Made by a program: the position numbers and the translations under genes
NCBI GenBank assembly: GCA_963758635.1
Contig: CAVWWD010000005.1
Coordinates: 704,001 to 768,000 of the forward strand
Direction of reading: 5' to 3'
Length of the DNA stretch: 64,000 bases
Origin: an uncultured Candidatus Rokubacteria bacterium
GTDB lineage: Bacteria; Methylomirabilota; Methylomirabilia; Rokubacteriales; CSP1-6
Part shown: positions 30,066 to 40,976 of the stretch, piece after piece
Position numbering within the stretch: the stretch's first letter is position 1
Layout: every line of letters begins with the position of its first letter
The notes under the pieces: generated by a model
Databases searched by the model: none
Seen by the model: the letters and a program-made list of their open reading frames with translations, nothing else
What the model was told of the DNA's origin: nothing

Positions 30066-31089
30066 ATGGCTTCGATCACCGTCCCGACCCTCGCGCGCCG
30101 CGGCGCGCTCGTTCTGCTCGCCGCCCTCGCGCTCGCGTCCGCCGGCCCCGTCGCGGCGCAGTCGGGGCGGCCGGTGGTCAAGATCGGCTACATCCCGACC
30201 GACTCGTTCGCCGCGCTGTTCCTCCTGGCCGACCGCCACCTGCCCAGGACGGGCATCGCCGCCGAGACCGTGCGCCTCGCCGGCGGCCCGGAGATCCTGT
30301 CCCAGGTGGCGACGGGGCAGCTCCACGTCGGCGGGGCCGGCATGGGCGCCGCCGTCTTCAACGCGGTGGCCGGGAACCTGCCGGTGGAGTTCGTGGCGCC
30401 GCTGCACTCGGGCTACCTCGAGGACTACTTCACGGTGCGCAAGGCGACGTGGGGCAGGCGAGGTCAAGCGCATCCGCGACCTCAAGGGGCGGCCGGTGGC
30501 GCTGAACGTCCGCGGCGCCGCCGTGGAGTGGATGCTCGACCAGGCCCTCCGCAAGGACGGGCTCTCGATCAGGGACGTCCAGGTACGCCTGATGCCGTTC
30601 CCCGACATGGTCCCCGCGTTCGAGTCCGGCGCCGTGGACGCGGCGATCCTGTCCGAGCCGTTCCCGACGCTGGCCGAGGAGAAGGGCGTCGCCCTCCGCC
30701 CCCTGCCGAAGGCCGCCGGCGCCCAGGCGGGCCCGATCACCGCGATCTTCTGGAACCGCGACTGGGCTTCGAGCAACCCGGAGCTGGCCCACACCGTGAT
30801 GCAGGCGTACCTCCACGCCGTGCGCGACCTCGCCCTCGGCGACGGCTGGAAGCAGGACCGGAACATCGAGGTCATGGTGAAGTACACCGGCGCGAAGGCC
30901 GACGTGATCAAGCGCGCCCGCGCCCACGTGCTCGACCCGAACCTCGAGATGGACGCGAGCGTGCTCGACTCCATGCAGCGCTTCGCGTCCGAGCTGGGCT
31001 ACCTGAAGTACAAGGACCTGCTGCCGGCGTCGAAGGTCTTCAACTTCGAGTACCGCGACCGCGCGGTGCAGGAGGTGGGGCGGAAGTAG
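30066..31089 (+). CDS. ABC substrate-binding protein, NMT1/SsuA-like (frameshift ~30455)
   Basis: Signal peptide; VKIGYIP; PFPDMVPAFESGAVDAAILSEPF. Confidence 0.87.
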
Positions 31090-31095
31090 CAGACT

Positions 31096-31272
31096 CTACC
31101 GCGACTGCGTGAGAGCCTTCCGGACCTCGAGGTAGACCGCCGCGGTCACGCCCTCGATGCGCTCGAGCCGGCTCAGCAGGCGCAGTCCCCGATAGGCGAA
31201 GTACAGCCCGACGGTGGTCTCCAGCGCGACGAGCGCCAGCATCGCAGCAAGGAAGGCGTGCTCGGAAATCAT
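31096..31272 (-). CDS. Small (58 aa) single-TM hypothetical protein
   Basis: MISEHAFLAAMLALVALETTVGLYFAY...; preceded by TTGACA-17-GAGAAT-6-ATG. Confidence 0.6.
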   Translation of the reverse strand: MISEHAFLAAMLALVALETTVGLYFAYRGLRLLSRLERIEGVTAAVYLEVRKALTQSR

Positions 31273-31918
31273 GGTCGGATTCTCGACCGGCGTGATCCTC
31301 GTGTCAACGTTCCGGATCGGATACAGCAGAAGCGAACAGCGCGGAATCGCTACGGACCTGTCCGGCGTCCCTGAGGTTGGTTGCGCCCGGGTTGCGGAAG
31401 GTGGTCGCGCTCGCGTGCGCGTGCAAGGCGGGGATTGCGGTGCGGTTGCCTCCGAAGTCGTAGCGCAGAGCCACGCCGGGCGCGCGCCGAGACGGGACGA
31501 CGGCCCGCTCTCGACGCCGTTGCTGGTCGATCCTGAACGCGACTTGTGGCGCGCCAACTAGCGCGACGACGGCGGCCAGGAGGTGCGGGTCGAGAGCGAG
31601 GTGTCCGTTGGTCAGGGGGCGGCGTGGGAGCGCAGTCAGGCGATGGACGAGGAGTGGATCGAGCAGTTCACCGACGAGCCGCAAGATCGCCGCGTCCCCG
31701 CGATCAGGGGCGGCGCGCTGGCCGCAGTGGACGAGCTGCGCCTCGACATCCGGGCACGCCTTCTCGACGAGGCGTTGCCTTGTATCGACGGGCGCGCCTC
31801 GGTCGCAGCCGGGAGCGGCACCAACAGGCGTGTCTGCTGCCGCAGGACCATCGAGACGGAGGACCGCGAGTACCAGCCCGCGGCCGGGGCCTCGCGCCGG
31901 GCGGCGGGCGCTACTGAG

Positions 31919-32491
31919 CTACCGACGCCGACGCCACGCGCCGACGCCGACGAGCCCGGCGGCGACGAGCAGCAGCGTGGTCGGCGCCGCAACCGGGGCG
32001 GCATTCTCGAAGATCAACGAGATGACGGCGGTGTCCCCAAGGTCCCAAAAGTCAGTGTGGTTGGGATTGATCGTGACTGAGTGTGCCGTGAACGACACAT
32101 CACTTGCGTCAAGGCCAACGACGCCCCCGGACGTTACGAGACCCACGCCCACGAGGTCCCCGGCGGAGCTATCGAGATCACCGAAGATCATGGTCCATTC
32201 CTCGCCCAAACTCCCGAGGTTCCCGAGGGCCTCCACGGTGATGGACGCCGCAGCAACGTCGACGGAGAACGTCAGTTCATTGGTAAGCGGGAAGCCGACG
32301 ATGAACTCGGGAGCCGGACCAGCGGTCACGGTTGCTGTAGGTGAGAAGCAATGGAAGAGTTGAAACGGGATCTGAACCGTCGAGCACGTCACCGAGTCGC
32401 CGATCAGCGACGCCTCGGCAGCGCGAGGCACATCCAGCAGGACGACGAGCGCGGCCACGGACACTGCCAGTCCACGAACCAGGCGAGTCAT
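31919..32491 (-). CDS. Secreted protein with PEP-CTERM-like tail (VAAPTT-TM-RRRR)
   Basis: RBS AGGAG; signal ending AAEA-SLIG; C-terminus VAAPTTLLLVAAGLVGVGAWRRRR. Confidence 0.8.
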   Translation of the reverse strand: MTRLVRGLAVSVAALVVLLDVPRAAEASLIGDSVTCSTVQIPFQLFHCFSPTATVTAGPAPEFIVGFPLTNELTFSVDVAAASITVEALGNLGSLGEEWTMIFGDLDSSAGDLVGVGLVTSGGVVGLDASDVSFTAHSVTINPNHTDFWDLGDTAVISLIFENAAPVAAPTTLLLVAAGLVGVGAWRRRR

Positions 32492-32754
32492 GTCGGTCTC
32501 CTGTGCGGTGAGGGGAAGGTGGAGCGGGCGCCGCATCTTTGCACACACCACCGTTGCTGTGCACGCCGCAGCGAGTCAGCGGGCAGCACGCCGGGTCATC
32601 AACGACGGCGGGCGCGTTCCTCGCGCCGTGCAGTCGCGGGCCATCCGAATCACGAATCGCCAGGGCGACGCCCTCGACGGCGAACGTGGCGATGGCGATC
32701 AGGCGAGGGCGCTCATCGCCCCGGACGCGCAGCGCCGCAAGGTGGAGCTGGGGA

Positions 32755-33135
32755 TCACGTCTGGCGGTCGAGATAGGCGGGGAGCTTCGTGTCCTTATCC
32801 CTTTTCGCTGACTCGATCTGAGACCACGTGAGGCCGATTTTGACGCCTGATAGATCCACGCCCTCCAGGCGGGCGCCCTTCAGGCGGACATGCTCAAAGC
32901 GCGCGTCCTGTAGGTGAGCCAACCAGAGCTGGGCCCCCTCTAGGTTGGCGCGCAAGAGCTCTGCGCCCTCCAGTTTGGCGTCCGCGAGGTTCGCGTGTTG
33001 CAGATGGGCGTCCGAGAGCACCGCGCCCTTCAAGCAGGCGCTCCTGAAGTACGCTCGCTCCAGGTGGGCGTCCACGAGATGCGCGCCCTCCAAGTGCGGC
33101 AGTCTTCAAGGCTCGCGCCCTTCAGGTGGGCACTG
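32755..33135 (-). pseudogene. Pentapeptide-repeat protein fragment
   Basis: A(H/N/K)L(E/K)G repeats; upstream repeats out of frame and no proper start. Confidence 0.7.
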
Positions 33136-33394
33136 CTGACCGAGCCCGGACATCCCCTTGTCTGGTAAGCCTGTCCGGGGCGCCGACTCGACCGGATCGG
33201 CGCCGTCGTGCCGCGACCGAAAGAAGAGGTGAAGGCTAGTCCCCTTTCAGCGAGCCATCAGGTTGCGGCTGGGTTGCGCCCGGTGCTACGTTTTGCATCG
33301 ATCTGCATCATCGTGTCCCTCATCTTCCGGAGGGATCGCGGGGGTCTCGCGTTGTCCCGGATCGGATACACCGGCCCATCGAGCTCCGCCGCCG

Positions 33395-34167
33395 TCACGC
33401 ATCGCCCATCGTGCCGAAGTGCGCGAGGCGGATGCCCTCGCGCTCGATGGCCTCGCGTGCGCGCGGGTCGGTGAGCCCGGCGATCTCCGTCTCGCGCTGG
33501 CGGCCGTAGCGGCTGTACGCGAGGTCGTCGTCGAAGTAGCCCGGGTGGGTCATCCACTCGGTGACGCCACCCGGCAGCGTGCCCAGGTGCTCGAGCACCC
33601 GCTCGGGCGTCCAGTACGGCTCGGCGCCCGCGTCCCCCACGAAGTGATCCGGCGCGCCAGCCGCTCGCGGCGGATCGCCTGCCGGGCCTCCGCGTCCTGG
33701 GCGCGGAGCGGCACCCGAAGCGCGCGGGCGAAGAAGATCATCAGATCGAAGAGGGGCGCCGCGCGCGCCACGTGGTGGTGGCTGTCGAGGTGCGTCGGGA
33801 ACCGGCCCACGAGCGTCCGGAACGCGTCGACCTGGTTGCCGATCTCGATGCGCGCCTCGTCGGGCGCCACGCGCGCCGCCACCGCCGCGGGGTCGCGCAC
33901 GAAGCGCCCCTCGGCGTCGACCAGCGACGGGACGCGGCGCGGGTCGGACACCGGCGCGCCCAGCGTGAGGTTCACGTGGAGGCCCACGCCGAGGCCGCTC
34001 GCGCCGAGCTCCTCGAGCCGCTCCGCGGGGATCGGCCGGTTCACCAGCAGCGTGGTGCTGGTCACGATGCCGCGGGCGTGCGCCTCGAGGATGCCGCGGC
34101 TCACGCCCTCCGTGAGCCCGAAGTCGTCGGCGTTGACGATGAGGGTGCGCGTCGGACGGCCGCTCAT
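33395..34167 (-). CDS. ChbG/HpnK (YdjC) family deacetylase (frameshift ~33655)
   Basis: LIVNADDFG, GLHVNLT, HLDSHHH, EWMTHPG. Confidence 0.9.
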
Positions 34168-34179
34168 CGCGCGGCCGGA

Positions 34180-34494
34180 TCAGGCCTTGCCCATCACCCG
34201 GCGGAAGTAGAGGCGGATGGCCTCCTTGAGCTGGGCGCGCGCGCCCGCGCCGGACTGGGCGTCCTCGAGCTGGTCGATGTCGATGGCCAGCGGCACGCCC
34301 TCGCGCTTCACCCCGTCGAGCTCGGCGGTGAGCCCGCACCGCTCGTCGGACTCGGTGAAGACCAGCTTGGCCCGCGTGAAGCTCCGGTCGTCCTGCGCGA
34401 TCTGCTCGACCGTCTCCGTGATCAGGCGCTTGATGGCCTCCTGCTCGGGCGGCGGCACGGTGGAGAAGGCGGCGGTCAGGTGGATCTCGGCCAT
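34180..34494 (-). CDS. Hypothetical protein (104 aa)
   Basis: RBS GGAGGGA; GC3-biased ORF between ggt and the deacetylase. Confidence 0.75.
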   Translation of the reverse strand: MAEIHLTAAFSTVPPPEQEAIKRLITETVEQIAQDDRSFTRAKLVFTESDERCGLTAELDGVKREGVPLAIDIDQLEDAQSGAGARAQLKEAIRLYFRRVMGKA

Positions 34495-34515
34495 GGGTCA
34501 GGTCCCTCCGGTACC

Positions 34516-36252
34516 CTAGACGCCGGCCGCGGCGGCCGCGCTCATGGCATCCAGGCCCGCCTCGAGGCCCTGGCGCCCGATGCGGATCGCGATCGGCCGC
34601 GCGAAGTAGAACGTCCCGAGCGCGACGCGCCGGGGCACCACGGCGTGCTTCATCTTGCGGAGCGCGGCCAGCGACGCCTCGCCCACGCGGTCGTCCACGT
34701 AGAGCTCGCCGCCCTCCGTGTGCACGCGCGGCGCCTCGATGGCCGCCTGCGGCGAGCCCTTGCCGTCGATCATGTTGGCCGCGACCTGCGGGATGGCCGA
34801 CACGATCTTCCGGCCGCCCGGCGCGCCCAGGGCGAACAGCGGCTCGCCGCGCCGGAACGCGAGCACCGGCACCATGTTCACCAGCGGGCGCTTGCCCGGC
34901 GCGACGGAGTTCGGGTGGCCGGGCTCGGGGTCGAACCAGATCATGCCGTTCTGGAGCAGGATGCCGGTACCCGGCGCGACCATGCGCGAGCCGAAGAGCG
35001 ACACCGCGGTGTTGGTGAACGACACCATGTTGCGCTGGCGGTCGATCGCGCAGATGTGGGTGGTGCAATCCGCGGTGTCGCCGCGTCGCCCGGCGCCGCG
35101 CGGCGCGCGCCCGCGGGCCGCGGACCCGGACGCGGCCTCGAAGGCCCAGGGGTCGGGCGGCGCGGCCGCGCTTCGCGGCCCCGCCGGCTTCATGACGCGG
35201 GCCAGGGCGGCGGCGTAGCCGGAGGACGTGAGCCCGTTCCACGGCGCGCTCACGCGGAGGGCGTCGCCCAGGAAGCGGAACCGATCCTCGAACGCGCGCC
35301 GCACCGCCTCCGCGCGCAGGTGAAGGCCCGACGCGGTGGCGTACCCGACGCGCGCGCCCGGGAACTCTCCGAGGAGGTTCAGGATCTCGAGCGCGGTCGC
35401 GCCGCCGGTGGCGCCGGGCAGGAACGCGAGGTCGACCCCGCGGTACGAGCCCCGGAGCGGCGAGAGCACGCGCGGCGCGTAGCCGGCGAGGTCGTCCCGG
35501 GTCAGGAAGCCGCCCGTCCGCCGCATCTCCTCCTCGATGGCCTGGGCGATCGCGCCGCGGTAGAACGCCGCCGGCCCGTCCTTGGCGATGAGCCGGAGGC
35601 TCTGGCCGAGGTCGGGCTGGCGGAGGACGTCGCCGTCGATCGCGGTGTCGGCCATGCCCGGCGGCCGGAGCACGTAGTGACCGTCCCGGAGGTACGTCCG
35701 CGCCGTCTCCGGGAACTGCGCGATCTCCCGGCAGTACACGGAGGTGGTGAAGCTCACGTACCAGTCCACCGGGAAGCCGTCCTCGGCGAGCGCGATGGCC
35801 GGGGCGAGGACGTCGGCGAGGTCCATCGTCCCGTACCGCTCGAGCGCGAGACACAGGCCGGCCACCGACCCCGGCACGGCCACCGAGCGCGGCCCGAACA
35901 TGTTGGCGTCGTCCACGACCCGGTGCCACGTGAAGAGCCCCTGCCCCATGCCCTCGGTGAGCGGATAGCACCCCTCGTGACAGGCCGCCGGCGCCTCCAC
36001 GTTGGCGTCGATGGCCACCGTCTCGCCGCGCCGCTCCATGTGGACGAGGAAGCTCCCGCCGCCGGCCAGCGAGGACATGAAGGGCTCGACCACGGGCATG
36101 GCGAACGCGGTGGCCACTGCGGCGTCCACGGCGTTGCCGCCGCGCGCGAGGATGCCCGCGCCCACCTCGGCGCCGAGCGGATGCTCGGCCACCACCATCC
36201 CGCGGGCCGCGCGGGGCGTGTGCTTCGTCACCGCCATCGTGGATCGGATCAT
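34516..36252 (-). CDS. ggt: Gamma-glutamyltransferase family protein
   Basis: GGNAVDAAVA, catalytic TTH, PGKRP, GAPGG. Confidence 0.92.
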   Translation of the reverse strand: MIRSTMAVTKHTPRAARGMVVAEHPLGAEVGAGILARGGNAVDAAVATAFAMPVVEPFMSSLAGGGSFLVHMERRGETVAIDANVEAPAACHEGCYPLTEGMGQGLFTWHRVVDDANMFGPRSVAVPGSVAGLCLALERYGTMDLADVLAPAIALAEDGFPVDWYVSFTTSVYCREIAQFPETARTYLRDGHYVLRPPGMADTAIDGDVLRQPDLGQSLRLIAKDGPAAFYRGAIAQAIEEEMRRTGGFLTRDDLAGYAPRVLSPLRGSYRGVDLAFLPGATGGATALEILNLLGEFPGARVGYATASGLHLRAEAVRRAFEDRFRFLGDALRVSAPWNGLTSSGYAAALARVMKPAGPRSAAAPPDPWAFEAASGSAARGRAPRGAGRRGDTADCTTHICAIDRQRNMVSFTNTAVSLFGSRMVAPGTGILLQNGMIWFDPEPGHPNSVAPGKRPLVNMVPVLAFRRGEPLFALGAPGGRKIVSAIPQVAANMIDGKGSPQAAIEAPRVHTEGGELYVDDRVGEASLAALRKMKHAVVPRRVALGTFYFARPIAIRIGRQGLEAGLDAMSAAAAAGV

Positions 36253-36312
36253 GCCAGCTCCTCGGCGCGGAGCCGGCCCCGCGCGGGATCGAGAGGTGGA
36301 GCCGAGACGGGA

Positions 36313-36815
36313 TTAATCGACCGGCACGTACGGGTTCCGCTTGCGGGTGACCTCGACCACGGCCTTGTCGTCGAAGTAGAGCACCCAGCCCGGCGGGTAG
36401 CACCCAGGCCTCCTTGGCCCGGCGCTGGATCGTGGGCCAGTGCTGCTGGGCCATCGCGCCCATGAGCGCGGGATCCGTGCTCTGCTCGTCAGGCTCCTCG
36501 AGGAGGGCCCGCACCTCGCCGCGGGTGCTGCCCACCACCACCTGGCGCCAGAAGCGGAAGTCGCTGTAGCGCGTGGCCTGCTCGACCTCCGGATGCTCGC
36601 GCAGGTAGCGGGTCACGCGCTCGTCGAGCGCGTCTTCCCACTTGCGCCGCTCGTCGAAGCTCGGGTCGCGCCCGTTGACCATGTACGTCCGGTAGTAGAA
36701 GAGCTCCTGGGCGCGCGGCCCTTGCCCCACGCGCTCCACCACCTCGCTGGTGAGCAGGCATCCCGTGGCGAGGACGGCGGCGACCAGTGGCCCTCGCAGA
36801 ATACGGTAACGCCAC
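36313..36815 (-). CDS. Putative lipoprotein (frameshifted; start uncertain)
   Basis: VAAVLATG-C lipobox, then GC3-biased coding to EAWV/YPPGWVLYFDDKAVVEVTRKRNPYVPVD* (TAA 36313). Confidence 0.6.
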
Positions 36816-36900
36816 GGGCCCCTATAGTCCCACCGCTCGGCATTAGTCTGATGCGCGAGGCTCACCAGCCAGCCCGCGCGCGCCCAGGACCGCCGTGGCA

Positions 36901-39523
36901 TCAGATGAGGGCCGACTCGAGCACGATGCCCCGATCCACGACGCGCGCCGCCCGCCCGAGCATGGCGGCCAGGGTGGGATCGACCTCGGGGGCCTCGCCG
37001 AGCTGCCGCAGCACGTCGATGAGCCGGCGCATGGCGCGGATCAGGTCTCCCTCGTGTCCTCCGAACGATTCCTCGACGATGCTCGCCCAGTCGTTCTCGC
37101 CCGACGCCCACCGGAACACCGCGGCCATGAACCCGGTGGACACGCCCACCGGCATCGGCAGGTGCCGGAGGCGCTGGGCCTCGAACACGCTCCGCGCCAC
37201 CGCTTCGAGGTCGCCCAGCTTGCGCCGGAGCTTCGGCCGCTTGCGCAGGAAGAGCCGCGCCACCGCGCTGTCCCCGGAGCGCGACTCCTCGACCAGGCAG
37301 GAGCACAGCGCGGCGGCCTCCGCCAGAGTCGTGTCGCCGAGCACGCCGCGCTCCACCATCTCGGCCACGAGGAGCTCGTTGTCGTGCCGGAGCCCTGCGA
37401 TGAGCTGACCCTTGGCGAGGAGTTTACCATCCTGCACCGCGCCGAATTCTCCGAGCACGTCCACCACTCGGCAGAACTCGTTCCAGTAGGCGTTGCGCAC
37501 GGTGTCGAGCGCTTCCTTCTGCTGGCCGATCCGGCCCTCGATCCGCTCGAGGCGCCGCCACGCCTGGTCGCACGCCGGCTGGGAGCTCCACGGGCAGCGG
37601 TGGCACTCGATCTCGCCGAGGGAGGCCTCGGGCCCCTGGCGCCGCTCGCGCTCCACCAGCTCGGGGATGGACAGAGCCTCGAGGTGCGTCCGGAGGCTCG
37701 GGGTGCGGCGCTCCCAGTCGCGCGGGATCGGCACGGGGGGCGTGGCCCAGAACACGCGCTTGACGTGCCCGGCCTTGAGCTGGACCACGTCGCCGTGCGG
37801 CAGCAGCACGCTGGCGATGAGCCGGTGGCGGCGCTGGTCCACGCGGCACAGGAGCCCGAGGGCCTGGCCGTCGCGCCGGCGCACGAGCACGAACCGCCCG
37901 GGCTCGGCCTCGGCCACCGCGCGCGGCCCGTGACGGCCACCCGGGCCGCGGGCCGCCCGCGCCGCCTCCACCTCGCGCCGGATCGCGCGGTAGCGGCCGA
38001 TGCGGGAGAAGTCGCCGCAGGGCGCGGCGAACGCGTGGGCCACGCCGTCCGCCTCGAGCGAGGCCACCTCCGCCTCGAGCGACCGGATCCGCTTCATGTT
38101 CTGGTACTGCCCGAAGGACGACTCCACGATGCGGCGGATCGTGGCCAGGTCGCTGCCGCTGCCGAGGAGCAGCGCCACCGAGCCGTAGCCGAGCTTGAAC
38201 TGCGAGAGCACGGGCTCCGGCTCGCCGTCCACCACCCGGCGCACCTCGTCCACGCCATCGCGCACGTCCAGCGCGATCACGCACTGCCCCTCGGGGTCGA
38301 TGCCGCGCCGCCCCGCCCGCCCCGCCATCTGGGTCAGCTCGTTGTGGGTGAGGCTGCGGAACCCGCGGTCGGTGCGCTTGGTGAGCGACTGGAGGACCAC
38401 GCTCTTGGCCGGCATGTGGATGCCGAGCGACATCGTCTCGGTGGCGAACACCACGCGGCAGAGGCCGCGCTCGAACAGCGTCTCGACCAGGCGCTTGACG
38501 CTCGGCAGGATCCCCGCGTGGTGGAGCCCCACGCCCATGCCGAGGGCCTGGAACACGGTCTGGTTGAGCGGCGACTCGGCGATGGCCGGCGTCTCCGTGA
38601 TGGCCTCGCGGATGGCCGCGTCCAGCTCCTGGCGCTGCGCGCGCGTGAGCAGCGGCTTCCCCTCGGCGAGCACCGTCTCCATGGCCCGCTCGCAGCCCGC
38701 CCGGCTGAAGATGAAGTAGATGCCGGGCAGCCAGCCGCGGGCCTCGAGCTCGTCGATCATCACGGTGGGATCGACGACCCGGCGCGTGTACCAGCGGCCC
38801 TTGTCGTCGTAGGCGCCGCCCGCCCTCCTCGCCGAGCAGGCGCACGCGCCCCGCGCGCACCGCCGCGTACGCGTGGAGCTCGCCGGACAGGTCGGCGACC
38901 AGGTACTGGAGCGGCACCGGCCGGTGGGGATGGGTGATGGCCACGATGGGCCGGTGCACGAGGGAGATCCAGTCCGCGATCTCCCCGATGTTGGCCACGG
39001 TGGCGGACAGCGCGACCAGGGCGGCGTCCTTGGGCGCGTTGACGATGATCTCCTCCCACACCGTCCCGCGCCCCTCGTCGCCCATGTAGTGACACTCGTC
39101 CAGCACCACCGTCTCCAGGCCCGCGAGCCCGCCCGTGTAGAACATGTTCCGGAGGATCTCGGTGGTCATCACCACGATGGAGGCGCCGGCGTTGACCTTC
39201 ACGTCGCCGGTGAGGATGCCCACGTTGGCCGGGCCGAACTGGCGGCAGAAGTCGGCGTACTTCTGGTTGGAGAGCGCCTTCAGCGGCGTGGTGTAGGCGA
39301 GCCGGCCGCCCCGGGCGAGCGCGCGGTGGATGGCGAACTCCGCGACCAGGGTCTTGCCCGCCCCGGTCGGCGCGGAGACGATCACCGAGCGCCCGTCGAT
39401 GATGGCCTGGATGGCCTCCCGCTGGAACTCGTCCAGCGAGAACGGGTAGCGTCTGGTGAAGGACTCGAGCAGTCCGTCGGCGGCGATCGTTCGGCCTCCC
39501 TCTGCGAATACGCGCGGTGTCAT
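36901..39523 (-). CDS. Ski2/HelY-like DEAD/DEAH-box helicase (frameshift ~38815)
   Basis: APTGAGKT, PLKALSNQK, DECH, ALSAT, QMAGRAGRRG; DSHCT-like C-terminus. Confidence 0.92.
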
Positions 39524-39614
39524 CGCATCTTACTACGCGCATCCGCTTGCGTGGGCGCCCGGAGCCGGTCTAGGCTCACCGCTGCGGTCAGCGTGCGGGA
39601 CGGTAGGAGGCGGC

Positions 39615-40370
39615 ATGAAGCTCACCGGGAAGGTCTGTCTCATCACCAACGTCAGCCAGTTCATGGGGCCGGCGCTCACGGAGGAGTTCGGGCGGGAGGG
39701 CGCGACGCTCGCGCTGCACGACCGCGAGGCCCAGACGCTGGCGCCGCTGGTGGCGGTGGCCGAGCGGCTCGGGCGGACCGCGCTTGGGCTCACCGCCGAC
39801 CTCACGCGCTCGAGCGAGGCGGACCGGATGGTGGGCGAGGTGGTGCAGCGGTTCGGCCGGCTCGACGTGCTCGTCAACAACAACGCCTTCCCTCCCTCGG
39901 GCGCGGCCACCGAGACGATCACCGACGACGCGTGGCGCCAGATGATGGCGCGCCTCCTCGACGAGCCGTTCTTCTGCCTGCGCGCGGCCCTCCGCGTGAT
40001 GCGGCCGGCCGGGCGCGGCAAGATCGTGAACATCTCGTCGGCGGCCGGCATCCCCGGCCTCGCGCGCTACGCCGCCTACTCGGCGGCGCGCGCCGGGGTC
40101 AACGGGCTCACCCGGGCGGTGGGCCGCGAGGTGGCGAAGGACGGGGTGCAGGTGAACGCCATCGCCCAGAACTACGTCGAGAACCCGACCTACTTCCCGC
40201 CGGACCTCGTCGCCGACCCCACGGCCCTCGCGCGCATGGTGAAGAACGTGCCCGCGGGCCGGCTCGCCCGCGGCGAGGAGTCCGCCCGGCTCGCCGTGTA
40301 CCTCGCCTCCGAGGACGCGGACTTCTTCGTGGGCCAGGTCGTGCCATTCGCGGGTGGCTGGGTGACTTGA
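39615..40370 (+). CDS. Halohydrin dehalogenase-like SDR protein
   Basis: T-x4-F-x-G (TNVSQFMG), S-x12-Y-x3-R (SAAGIPGLARYAAYSAAR), AIAQNYVENPTYFP. Confidence 0.85.
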   Translation: MKLTGKVCLITNVSQFMGPALTEEFGREGATLALHDREAQTLAPLVAVAERLGRTALGLTADLTRSSEADRMVGEVVQRFGRLDVLVNNNAFPPSGAATETITDDAWRQMMARLLDEPFFCLRAALRVMRPAGRGKIVNISSAAGIPGLARYAAYSAARAGVNGLTRAVGREVAKDGVQVNAIAQNYVENPTYFPPDLVADPTALARMVKNVPAGRLARGEESARLAVYLASEDADFFVGQVVPFAGGWVT

Positions 40371-40372
40371 GG

Positions 40373-40516
40373 TTTGCGAGCCGAGCCGCAGGCGAGGCGA
40401 GCGTATATGGAAATGCAGTGGCCGAGCCGAGCCGCAGGCGAGGCGAGCGTATATGGAAATGCAGTGGAAACAACCGCCGACCGTACATGGAAATGCAGTG
40501 GAAACAACCGCCCACC
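40373..40516. repeat. Nested tandem repeat (46-bp and 34-bp periods) of a dispersed repeat family
   Basis: CGAGCCGAGCCGCAGGCGAGGCGAGCGTATATGGAAATGCAGTGG twice; GGAAATGCAGTGG at 40409, 40455 and 40489. Confidence 0.9.
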
Positions 40517-40569
40517 GAGAGTCTACCCGCGCCGTTGAGAACGGCCGCGATCGCGTTTACAGTGCGGGC

Positions 40570-40961
40570 ATGCGCCGCCGCGATCCGTCCCCACCGCTCG
40601 CTGCCCGCGCTCGCCGTCTTCCTCCTCGCCGGGGCCGGCGCCGCCTCGGCCGACGACGAGCGCCACGCCATGGGCCAGGTGCGGCTTCACCACCGAGCCC
40701 GCGCACGCCCAGGGCTGCACCCGGATCGGCAGCATGCGGGACGACTCCGTCAAGGACCTCCGGCGCAAGATCGTCCGCGCCGGGGGCAACGCCGCCGTCA
40801 TCTCGTTCCGTGCGGAGGACGTCTCGGCCATCTACGCGGACGTGTATCGCTGCGGAGGCGCCCCCGCGGCCGGCGGCCCGCCGCCCGTCCCGCGAGCGCC
40901 GTCGTCGCCTGGCGCGCCTCCACCCCCGCCACCGCCCCCGCCTCCGCCCGCCATCCGGTAG
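40570..40961 (+). CDS. Small exported protein with Cys pair and poly-Pro tail (frameshifted)
   Basis: Joined frames: LPALAVFLLAGAGAASA...QGCTRIGSMRDDSVKDLRRKIVRAGGNAAV...VYRC...PPPPPPP; TTGAGA-17-TACAGT-6-ATG. Confidence 0.65.
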
Positions 40962-40976
40962 CGCGACGGCCCGACC

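Larger units (their letters stand above)
31312..33370. mobile_element. Decayed integrated islet bounded by 14-bp direct repeats
   Basis: CCGGATCGGATACA at 31312 and 33357; GGTTGCGCCCGG at 31379 and 33272; visibly lower GC; gene fragments inside. Confidence 0.5.

Noticed and set aside
31500..31917. ORF fragments at the islet left end as an integrase remnant
   Set aside because: No tyrosine- or serine-recombinase motifs recognisable
40373..40516. Call as a CRISPR array
   Set aside because: Units are tandem duplications without unique spacers; no cas genes; reported as a repeat only
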